This document shows, piece after piece, positions 51,190 through 62,298 of a stretch of 64,000 nucleotides of DNA. This stretch comes from Squalus acanthias (lineage: Eukaryota). Position numbers and translations under genes: made by a program. The notes beneath the pieces were generated by a model. That model was not told the origin of the DNA. It ran no database searches and was given only the letters and a program-made list of their open reading frames with translations. Positions within the stretch are counted from its first letter, which is position 1; every line of letters begins with the position of its first letter. The stretch is taken from assembly GCA_030390025.1 (NCBI GenBank), contig CM059429.1:32488001-32552000 (forward strand), in the 5' to 3' direction.

Positions 51190-52288
51190 TTACATCTCTG
51201 TTTCTCTCGCCACAGATGCTGCCTGACCTGCTGAGTATTTCCAGCATTTTCGTTTTTTATCTCAAATAAGATGGGCGGGCATAAGATATTTACAAAGGAG
51301 TAAATTGTTCCTTAATCTATATTTCTCGGTATCAAATACAGTAATTTTCTGCAAAGAAATTTCCTGTAGTCTTTTTTAGTCTTTTTTACACATTTTTAAG
51401 TCATATTTCCTCCTCACAGAATGTTTGTTTTCACACTGATTTTTCCCTATGATATGAACAACTTACAGTGAAAATCGTTTTTTGTGTTTCTCCAGACTGA
51501 TACAAGCATTTGTGTTCAAAATTATGATTCAGTGCTTAAAGGAGTAAACCAGAAGAAAAGCAACATTTCATTCTAAAGTAGGGAAAGGTTTACATTGTGG
51601 TTCATTAAAATCCTGGGAATTCCAGTTTCAAAGGTTACTGTGGGCATTGTGAGGCACATCTTGGAAAGCAGTCCACAATCTCAGTTTCTTTGCTATTACT
51701 TGTTCCATGCACTAAATTCTGCCTTAATGATAGTCTGGGCCATTAAATATGATTCAACAGAGCTCGTCCTCGGCAACTCATTCAGTTTTAATTGCTATTC
51801 TTTCTGGAAATAGTGGAAGAATTTGGTCTGGAGTTTCCGCTGGTATGCACTGTTTTTATCAGCGCAATTTGCCCGAAATTAGCCAAACCGGTGCTAAAGG
51901 TCGCTGAATTTCAAGCGCAAATTCCGTTCAGTGCAAATTGAACTTCCGCAAGCCTTTGCGCTAGTGTAAAAACATCATGCTAGAAGCTAGCCCCGCCCAC
52001 AAAAGTTGCCACACCCCCGATCGAATTGATCACCATTGTGAGCTTCCGCTCACTGCACCCGTTTGTGGGCCTTCGAGGAAGCTCTTCAAATCAAACTGTT
52101 TTTGGCGCAAGGACACTAATAGGCATGTTTTAAAAGCTTTACTGTCTCCTAATATAACTAATGAATGGTTCTGTATAGTTTTTTTTTAAGTCATTTTCAG
52201 TTATTTAAAATCGGGTTACTCTCAGGTGGGGAACTAGACACTGATTACAATGCTTATTTTTTGTGACAAACCCATTTTCAGCTGTATT

Positions 52289-55200
52289 TCAGATTTAGGT
52301 AAGGCCGATTTCAATGGGATGAGACAGAGTCTGTGCACAGTAAACTGGGCAAATCTGTTAATGAGTAAAATGACAGAAGATCAGTGGGAGATGTTCAAAC
52401 AAGAATTTAATGTGACACAGAACAAATTTATATACCTGAGGGGCAAGAGCTCCACTTGCCAAAAAAAACCCAGCCATGGACGATTAAAGAGTTAAGAGAC
52501 AACATAAAACTAAAAGAAAAAGCATACAAAAATGCAAAAAATAGCACAAATCCTGGCAAATGGGAAAGATACAAAGAACAGCAAAGGTGACAAAACAGAT
52601 AGTAAGAGCTACCAAAAGGGAGTATGAAAAGAAACTTGCAAGGGATATCAGAATCAACACAACATTCTTTTACAATCATCTTAGGAAAAAGAGGGTGGTC
52701 AGGAGCACTGTTGGCCCCTTAAAAACTGAAAGCGGTGATATTATCAATGATAATAAGGAAATAGCGGACATGTTGAATAATTACTTTGAGTCAGTATTTA
52801 CAGTAGAGGAAGATGATAGCATGCCAAAATCCCAAGGAATCTAATATTGAATCAGTGACAGGGACCCAACATATTTAACGTAAGCAAAATAACAGTAATG
52901 AAGAAATTAATGGCACTAAATTGTGACAAATCCCCAGGACCAGATGGTTTCCATCCCAGGGTTTTAAAGTAAGTAGGTGAGTACATTGCAGATGTCCTAA
53001 CTATAATCTTCCAAAGTTCTCTCAATTCAGGAACTGTTCCTTTAGATTGGAAAATTGCACATGTCACTCCGCTATTTAAGAATGGTGAAAGAGGGAAACC
53101 AGGGAATTATAGACCAGTTAGCCTAACATCTGTTGTTGGGAAATTGCTAGAGTCCATAATTAAGGATAGGGTGACTGAACATCTCGAAAATTTTCAATTG
53201 ATCAGAGAGAGCCAGCATGGATTTGTAAAAGGTAGGTCACGTGTGACGAACCTGATTGAATTTTTCGAAGAGGTGACTAAAGTAGAGGACAGGGAAATGT
53301 CTATGGATGTTATTTATATGGACTTCCAGAAGGCATTTGATAAAGTCCCTCAGAAGAGACTGTTAACTAAAGTTGAAGCCCATGGAATTGATGGCAAATT
53401 ATTGACCTGGTTAGGAAATTGGTTGAGCGGCAGGAGACAGAGATTAGGGATAATGGGCAGGCACTCTAATTGGCAGGATGTGACTAGTGGTGTCTTGCAG
53501 GGATCTATGTTGGGGCCTCAACTATTCAGTGTATTTATTAATAACTTAGATGATGGCATAGAAAGCCACATATTCTAATTTGCCAATGACACAAAGATAG
53601 GCGACATTGTAGGCAGTGTAGATGAAAGCATAAAATTACAAAGGGATATTGATAGTTCAAGTGAATGGGCAAAACTGTGGCAAATGGATTTCAATGTAAG
53701 CAAATGTGAGGTCATCCACTTTGGACCTAATAAAGATAGAAAAGGATACTTTCTAAATGGTGAAAAGCTAAAAACAGTGGAGGTTCAAAGAGACTTGGGG
53801 GTCCAGGTACATAGATCATTAAAATGTCATGAACAGGTACAGAAAATAATCAAAAAGGCTATTTTTAAAATTTGTTTATGGGATGTGGGCATCGCTGGCA
53901 AGGCCAGCATTTATGGCCCATCCCTAATTGCCCTCGAGAAGGTGGTGGGGAGGCGCCTTCTTGAACCACTGCAGTCTGTGTACTGAAGGTACTCCCACAG
54001 TGCTGTTAGGTAGGGAGTTCCAGGATTTTGACCCAGCAATAATGAAGGATCGGCGATATACTTCTAAGTCAGGATGGTGTGTGACTTGGAGAGGAACGTG
54101 GAGGTGGTGGTGTTCCCATGCGCCTGCTGCCCTTGTCCTTCTAGGTGGAAGAGGTCGCGGGTTTGGGAGGTGCTGCCGAAGAAGCCTTGGCGAGTTGCTG
54201 CAGTGCATCTTGTAGATGGTACACACTGCAGCCACGGTACGCCGGTGGTGGAGGGAGTGAATGTTTAAGGTGGTGGATGGGGTGCCAATATAGCAGGCTG
54301 CTTTGTCCTGGATGATGTCAAGCTTCTTGAGTGTTGTTGGAGCTGCACTCATCCAGGTAAGTGGAGAGTATTCCATCACACTCCTTACTTGTGCCTTGTA
54401 GATGGTGGAAAGGCTTTGGGGAGTCAGGAGGTGAGACACTCACCGCAGAATACCTAGACTCTGACCTGCTCTTGTTGCCACAGTATTTATGTGGCTGGTC
54501 CAGTTAAGTTTCTGGTCAATGGTGACACCCAGGATGTTGATGGTGGGGGATTCGGTGATGGTGATGCCGTTGAATGTAAAGGGGCGGTGGTTAGACTCTC
54601 GCTTGTTGGAGATAGTCATTGCCTGGCACTTGTGTGGTGTGAATGTTACCTGCCACTTATCAGCCCAAGCCTGAACGTTGTCCAGGTCTTGTTGCATGCG
54701 GGCATGGACTGCTTCATTATCTGAGGAGTTGTGAATGGCACTGAACACTGTGCAGTCATCAGCAAACATCCCTATTTCTGACCTTATGTTGGAGGGAAGG
54801 TCATTGATGAAGCAACTGAAGATGGTTGGGCCCAGGACACTGCCCTGAGGAACTCCTGTAGCGATGTCCTGGAGCTGTGATGATTGACCTTCAACCACCA
54901 CAACCATCTTCCTTGAAATGCTGGTCATTATATCTAGAGGACTAGAATACAAGGGGGTAGAAGTTATGCTGCAGCTATACAAAGCCCTGGTTAGACCACA
55001 CCTGGAGTACTGTGAGCAGTTCTGGGCACCACACCTTAGGAAGGATATATTGACCTTGGAGGGAGTGCAGCGTAGGTTTACCAGAATGATACCCGGACTT
55101 CAAGGGTTAAGTTACGAGGAGAGATTACACAAATTAGGGTTGTATTCCCTAGAATTCAGAAGGTTAATGGGTGATTTAATTGAAGTTTTCAAGTTATTAA

Positions 55201-55551
55201 GGGGAACAGATAGGGTAGGTACAGAGAAACTATTTCCGCTGGTTGGGGAGTCTAGGACTAGGGGTGCATCGTCTAAAAATTAGAGCCAGACCTTTCAGGA
55301 GTGAAATTAGGAAACACTTCTATACACAAAGGGTGGTAGAAGTTTGGAACTCTCTTCCGCAAACGGTAATTGATGCTAGATCAATTGTTAATTTTAAATC
55401 TGAGATTGATAGCTTTTTATTAACCAAAGGTATTAAGGGATATGGGCCAAAGGCGGGTATATGGAGTTAGGTCGCAGATCAGCCATGATCTCATTGAATG
55501 GCGGAATAGGCTCAAGGGGCTAAATAGCCTACTCCTGCTCCTATGTCCCTA
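52289..55551 (+). mobile_element. CR1 LINE ORF2 (linker, RT, tail) with stops, interrupted
   Basis: KSPGPDGFHPRVL, ESQHGFVKGRS, DFQKAFDKVP, LVRPHLEYC, FYTQRVVEVWNSLP; tail cctactcctgctcctatg. Confidence 0.93.
53862..54915 (-). mobile_element. CR1-Zenon-like LINE 3' fragment inserted in CR1
   Basis: [26 protein letters not shown]; LTPQSLSTIYKAQVRSVMEY. Confidence 0.85.
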
Positions 55552-56954
55552 TAGTAATCAAACTGGGCCAAGTTACCATTCTTAAATATATCAAGGAATA
55601 TATTTTAAAGCAAAACATTAAAAAAAAATTATGTTCTAAAATGCTGCCCGATTGCGCTGGTTCATGGCATTTTTTGCGTTTGGCGGAATGCAAATGAGTT
55701 TGAGCAGAAACTTGAGAAAAAAAACACTTCTCAAAACTAGCCCTATTTTGGGTGCAATTTTCTCCCGGATCGGCGATTGTGCCCAAGGCGGAAACTCTAC
55801 CCCTTTGTGTGTTTCATGCAGACTTTGCCATTCCGAAAGTAACACTTTGGGGGTGCGAATTTAGGATGATGCCATTCTGCAGGCCAAGGCTTGTTTACAG
55901 ATAGCAGGACCCTATTCTAAGATCTTATTTCTTGGCCATTCAAGACAGGTTCAGAATATTAATTATTTAAGAGTTCACTGCAATATTAAAACCAATCCGC
56001 ATCTGATTTAAACTATAGCTACTTTAAGACACGAGGGCAACTGTCATTTTAAAATCTATTCTTCATTAACTTTTGATAAATGTTCATGGAGTCAGGCTAG
56101 GATGCAGTAAATCTCCTTTCTAATTTGTTTGGAGTCTTTTGTGGTTAGAATTCCTAGGATCATAGAATTTCACAGCAGAAGGAGGCCATTCAGCCCATCA
56201 AGCCTGCCTCTCTGTAAGAGCTATCCACTCAATCTCAATTCTCAAAATTGGGCCTTGGGCCTCATTAACATTATTCGCGTGAGCTGCCAATGCCTGTGGT
56301 GCCTCCAGAGGCAGCGTGCGCATTTGAAGGCAATGAAGGTGAGTCCCAGGAGAGGTGCAGCAATGTGAGGTGATCACCAAGACTGTGGAATCGGGAGAGC
56401 ACTCCTGCTCCTCTTGGCTCCACAGCAACGCTTTTTGATTTTTCTTACCTATTGGTGGAGCTGCTACTAATCGGAAAACTTGGGTAGGGTGCCACTGGAG
56501 ATCAGACATCATGGTGAATTTGACTGTACAGAGCAATTGTCTGAATTATATTTAGATTATACTATTACTTCATGCTAGATATTTTCTCTCTGAAAATCCT
56601 AAGATCTTTACTAAATTACTATAATCAGTACTTTTTGAATTATTTGACCAACAGAACAATCCCCTGATAAGGTCCATCTTCTATCAGCAAGATGGTGCTA
56701 ATATCAAAGGTAACAGTCCAGAGGAGCATCAGCTATGGGATGGTTGGCTAAAAGGAACCAATTTAAAACAGCGGTGAGCTGTTTGAACAGCAGGGTACAT
56801 TTGGTAGAAATTTCAAAATCATTAGGAATATTATCATCAATGTGATCAATACTCATATGGAATAATTAGTATTTTAAAAATCGTCTATTTCCCATAAAAT
56901 TTCTGCTGCTTCTTATTAATATTGAAAAGAAACCACCAAGGTCATGTGTAGAGA

Positions 56955-57395
56955 TGAACGATAGCATAGTGGTTATGTTACTGGACTAGTAATCCAAAGG
57001 CCTGGACTAATGATCCAGAGACGTTGAGTTCAAATTCCACCACAGCAGCTGTGGAATTTAAATTCGGTTAATTAAATAAATCTGGAATAAAAAGCTAGTA
57101 TCAGTAATGGTGTCCATGAAACTACCGGATTGTCGTAAAAGCCCATCTGGTTCACTAATGTCCTTTAGGGAAAGTAATCTGCTGTCCTTACCTGGTCTGG
57201 CCTATATGTGACTCCAGGCTCAGAGCAATGTGGTTGACTCTTAACTGCCCTCTGAAATGGCCGAACAAACCGCTCAGTAGCAAACCGCTAGGAAAACACC
57301 TGATGGACTGCAGCAGTTCAAGAAGGCGGTTCTCAAGGGCCATTGAAGATGGGGCAATAAATGCTGGCTTTGCCAGTGACGCCCGCATCCAATGA
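56955..57395 (+). mobile_element. tRNA-derived SINE with a Zenon-like LINE tail
   Basis: A-box-like tagcatagtgg, B-box-like gagttcaaattcc; 3' end gactgcagcagttcaagaaggcg..ataaatgctggctttgccagtgacgccc matches the reverse complement of 53880-53975. Confidence 0.8.
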
Positions 57396-57519
57396 TAACT
57401 GTTTATGGGATATTACTGGTGTGGAATAATGCTTACATAATAAAACGGTAAAAAGTAATTCATTGTTTGAAGCTCTATTGAGATATTTCAACATAAAAGG
57501 CAACATATAAATGCAGCCA

Positions 57520-59560
57520 GATAGGAGGAATATCAGCCAGGGTTCCTCCCTATCTCTGTAACCCCTACAATCTTCCGAGAACGCTGCGCTCATCCAATTC
57601 TGGTCTCTTGCGCATTTCCTATTTTAATTGCTCCCCCATTGGCGGCCGTGCTTTCAGCTGCCTAGGCCCTAAGCTCTGGAATTCCCTCCTTAAACCTCTC
57701 CACCTCTCTACTTTTCTTTCCTCCTTTAAGACACTCCTTAAAACCTACATCTGTCCTAATATCTCCTTATGTGGCTCAGTGTCAATTTTTGTTTGACAAC
57801 GCTCCTGTGAAGCGCCTTGGGACGTTTTGCTACGTTAAAGGCACTACAGAGTTGCAATGCGGATTCCGCCCACTAAGGGGCACAATGGACATGAGCTTCA
57901 CCACACGTCAATTACAAGAGAAATGCAGGGAACAGCACCAACCGCTGCACATGGCCTTCTTTGACCTCACAAAGGCCTTCGACACCATCAACCGTGAGGG
58001 ATTATGGAGTGCCCTCCTCAAATTCGGCTGCCCTCAAAAGTTTGTCACCATCCTCCGCCTGCTTCACAACGACATGCAAGCCGTGATCCTGACCAACGGA
58101 TCCACCACAGACCCAATTCACGTACGAACCGGGGTCAAGCAAGGCTGTGTCATCACACCAACGCTCTTCTCGATCTTCCTTGCTGCAATGCTCCATCTCA
58201 CCCTCAGTAAGCTCTCCGCTGGAGTGGAGCTAATTTACAGAACAAACGGGAAACTGTTCAACCTCCGTCACCTCCAGTCCAGATCCAAGGTCGTCCCATC
58301 CTCTGTCGTTGAATTACAGTATACAGATGACGCTTGCGTCTGTGCTCACTCGGAGGTCGAACTCCAAACCATTGTCAACACCTTCACCGAAGCGTACGAG
58401 AGCATGAGCCTTACACTAAACATCCGTAAGACAAAGGTCCTCTACCAACCTGCCCCTGTCACACAGTACTGCCCCCCAATTATCAAAATCCACGACAAGG
58501 CCTTGGACAACGTGGACCACTTTCCATACCTCGGAAGCCTACTGTCAACAAGTGCAGATGTCGACGACGAAGTCCAACACCGCCTTCAGTGTGCCAGTGC
58601 AGCCTTCGGTCGCCTAAGGAAGAGAGTGTTTGAAGACCAGGACCTCAAACCCGGCGCTAAGCTCATGGTCTACAGAGCAGCAGTGATACCCGCCCTGCTG
58701 TATGCCTCAGAGACATGGACCATGTACAGCAGGCACCTCAAAGCACTGGAGAGGTACCACCAATGCTGCCTCCGCAAGATCCTGCAAATCCATTGGCAGG
58801 ATAGGCGCACCAACGTCAGTGTTCTTGCTCAGGCCAACATCCCCAGCATCGAAGCTTTGACCACGCTCGATCAGCTCCGATGGACAGGTCACATTGTCCG
58901 CATGCCCGATACGAGACTCCCAAAACAAGCGCTCTACTCGGAGCTCCGGCACGGCAAGAGAGCCCCAGGTGGGCAGAGGAAACGCTTCAAGGACACCCTC
59001 AAAGCCTCCTTGAAAAAGTGTAACACCCCCACCGACACCTGGGAATCCCTGGCCCAAGACCGCACAAAGTGGAGGAGAAGCATCCGGGAAGGCGCCGAAA
59101 ACCTTGAGTCTCTTCGCCGGGAGCAAGTGGAAGCCAAGCGCAAGCAGCGCAAGGAGCGCACATCAACCCAAGCACCCCACCCTCCTGCCCCTTCAACCAC
59201 CGTCTGCCCCACCTGTGACAGAGACTGTAGGTCCCGCATTGGACTCATCAGTCACCTGCGAACTCATTTTTAATGTGGAAGCAAGTCATCCTCGGTTCCG
59301 AGGGACTGCCTAAGAAAGAAAGACATAGATACAAGTTGTTGTTGTTGTTCTTGATCACGATGCAATTAACTCTGCTGACAAATGTGCTTATGTAGATATC
59401 AGGTGAGGACAGGATCAGATGCCCCCGTGATTAGTCTGCAAACACTCACTTTCTACGCTCATGCAAGAAGCATGGTCACCTGGGCAAGGTGCCAGAAGGT
59501 GCCCAGCACCCAGGGAGCTGCTAATGCCTTCAGGAGAGAAGGCGGGCAGGAACTTGGCAA
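57520..59560 (+). mobile_element. AmnSINE2-like SINE split by an L2 tail (57548-57849 + 59326-59349)
   Basis: atcagccagggttcctcc | L2 | cttgatcac..ggtgaggacaggatc..aagcatggtcacctgggcaaggtgcc; the L2 part is GGRAFSCLGPKLWNSL with a (TTG)n tail after the RTE. Confidence 0.65.
57850..59322 (+). mobile_element. 5'-truncated RTE (BovB-like) LINE with an uninterrupted RT and C-terminal frame
   Basis: ORF 57771-59273: QCGFR, FFDLTKAFD, GVKQGC, YTDD, FPYLGS, LRWTGHIVRM.DTRLPKQ, C-terminal CPTC..HLRTH; short 3' UTR with (AAGA)n tail; aca on both sides. Confidence 0.95.
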
Positions 59561-61548
59561 AAAATAAACCCCTTTACAATGTGTGTGAAATGACAGACAG
59601 AGTCTTGTGAAAAACAAATTTGCAGAAAAATAAATGTTTGAAAATTAAATTATGTTTTATGAGCTGCTGTTCCTTTTACTGGTCACAGAGCTTCATTGAT
59701 TCAGTTCGGCTTCACTCTTGCTAGTCTCCGTGCCTCCAGCATGGATTATTATTCCTCCCACAATGCAAGTTGGTTGAAGGCAGGAGGTGAAAGTGGAATA
59801 ATAAAGCTGGCCTTTCCTACCTTGTTATTTCTCATTGTACAACTGCCTTTGACCACTTCCTCTCCACAGTATAACAACAGAATAAGAAAGGTCTAGGCCA
59901 GATGCCCCAGAGGGAGAAGTATCCCGCTGGGTCTCCCACAACCTGTTATTAAAACCTTTCCTAAATAACTGCAGTTAGGTCATTTGTACTAGGCACCAGC
60001 AGCCTGTAATTAAAACGTGTGATCCCACACATACTGTTGTTATTCTTTGTCAACTAACAAGTTTGTCAGTATAAAAAGAAGAAAAAAAATAGGAACCTTT
60101 TAAAATCTGTAACAGAAGACAGAAAAATGCTCCAACAGTGATGCAGTCCTAGGGCTTCGAGTCTAAAAACAAAATGACAGGACAGGGAAAGAAATATTAT
60201 TTTCTGTTAAAATGTTATTACTGTTATTTTCACACTTTCTGGGAGTGTTGAAGCACAGTAATGTGTGCTTTGCTCTTCATGTGTGGCACTCTGACTGTTA
60301 AATACCCTATGCCACAACTGATCCCAAAACCTCATAGCCGTGAAAACTACCCACAGAAGTATTATTACAGCAGGAACAAAATCAATTAAGGTTTACAATT
60401 TTAAACATTAAAAGCAGTTTCTGGGCACCTTTACCCATAAAAACACACAAATTTTAATCAAACCAAAAAGAAAATCACAAATAAAATGAACAAATTTATA
60501 CTCAGAGTAATAGCAAAGATGAGCCAATTGTCGAACTTATTTTTCATTCCCTGCTTTATATTATTTTTCTCAACCCTACAGGACTATCTTTGTCTTAGAA
60601 GGGTTGGCAACCTACTCCTTTGGTTTCTACTGGGGGCGCTCTCTATAACTGGCTTCAGGAAGATTCAGGCAATGCGGTTAACTTTGGATGTTCTCTCCCT
60701 GCGGGAATGTGCCTCCTCTCCTCTATGCAACAGTCAAGCTGAGGTCAGCAATGCACTGTTTAGGAAGTTGGGGCAAAGAACCAGCCTTCTATCCTTCAGT
60801 GGCACAACATGGAAGTGTACCAACATGCTGTGCCTCTAGACTACTCCGAACATTGAACTTTTACAACAGAAACATTTAGAACAAAACTTGTAGATAAATA
60901 ACACTCAGTTGATATCATTTTTTTTGATAATGCCAAAAGGTAAACAGCTACAATATTAATGCTTTGAAAGTGTTTCTGACAACTGTCATGAACTTGTATG
61001 GATAACAAGTAAAATATTGGTGCTTCCTTTGCACCAGAAAAGTGCCTTGCTAATGCTTCCACTGTGCTAAATCAATAATCAGATGGGGCAAATCAGGGTC
61101 CCCTGTCAAAAAACACTTCACCCAGAAAATTCTATTTGTTTCATGACAGTAACAATTATTTTTAAAGAAGTGTTGGTCCAGCACATGGTGCTGTTCATTT
61201 ACTTTGTGTTGTAATCCAACTGTTTGAGTTCCCTTGTTCACAACAGTGTTGAGTTTTGATGTCACACCCAGTGTATAGGATGTAGTGACAGTGACACTAA
61301 GTAGTTTGTGTCCCTTCAAGTGTTAAGTGTCAATAATTCAGTCAGAAACTACCATTTCACTGTGTGATGGTGCAGAACTGATTGCCATGGTGATGGAATA
61401 GTGAAAAGACTGCGTGACAGTCTTTCATGTTTTTATAATATAGTGCTAAACAAAGCCATGAAGATTTGTGCAACTTGCTGAGACACAAGTCCATAAAGGC
61501 ATTTGTACCATATTTAACATTTATTCAATGGCTTAAAGAAAAACGCAA

Positions 61549-62298
61549 GGGGCAATATTTTCGTGTCATTACCGTTCTGTTTGTTTTTAAAATTGGTGCC
61601 GTAGTGAGATGAAAATGGCACGAATAGTTAAAATGTCAACTCACCGCTCAGTTGCAGTCGGTCCTGATTATTGAGCGGACCTCCATTCTGGTGGTCAGAA
61701 CTCCCATTGGAAACTGGTGGGAGAGTCATAAATATATGTAAATTGGCGTCAGTTGAGGAAGTTAAGACCACTAATGTCATTTTTATCTCAGTCCGCCTGA
61801 CTGCCACCACATTCTGCTCCTGCTCACCAACCATGGGTGATACAAGTCGGGAGGTGGCCACTTCCAGCGATAGTTGGGGATCCTCAGCTGCAGTCAGGGA
61901 AAAGCTGGATGGAAGTTTGGGAGATATTTTTATAGCAGACGCTTGTGGGTTCTGAGCATGAAAGGGTTTCAAATCGAATGCATTTGCTGCTGTATGTTCT
62001 TCACACATGTTGCCCGCTGCTGTAAACTGCTGCTTCTCTTTATCCCCATTGCTAATCGCCCTCCCCTTTAAGTTGCTGCTGCAGGCCTTTCACATTCGGC
62101 TGCCCTGCCTGATTACCTGCCTCCAGATCAACGAGCTGCCTGTTGGAGAGCGTATTTCGCACTGTCAGCTTGCCAACCCCATTCTAATCAGGACCTCGGA
62201 CCAAAATTGAATGAGCACCATGCCCATTCCTCTGGGTGGTTGCGATTATGTCCTGCCCACCACCCACCCAAATGACACTCAAAATGAAAGTCGCCCCC
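61549..62298. mobile_element. Degenerate Harbinger-type MITE
   Basis: Termini ggggcaatattttcgtgtcatt / aatgacactcaaaatgaaagtcgccccc are imperfectly inverted; atatgtaaat core. Confidence 0.5.

Larger units (their letters stand above)
48550..51260 (+). mobile_element. Penelope-like retroelement: pLTR + GIY-YIG endonuclease fragment + second pLTR
   Basis: 48990-49150 translates (with lesions) as QGPKHSFQVK.*FTCTSFNLIYCICCSQC.LLYI.E.KR..GDHFAEHL; the repeated block gatgctgcctgacctgctg..tatttccagcatttt occurs at 48885 and 51215. Confidence 0.85.
51825..55803. mobile_element. Harbinger-type MITE (51825-52288 + 55553-55803) carrying nested LINEs
   Basis: TIRs ggtctggagtttccgc / gcggaaactctacccc, TSD TTT. 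Confidence 0.8.

Noticed and set aside
60581-60839. Acceptor plus open frame (ORF 60486-60839) and a CTCF-like ctgggggcgct
   Set aside because: No recognisable protein, no strong donor, and the 5' half of the CTCF motif matches poorly
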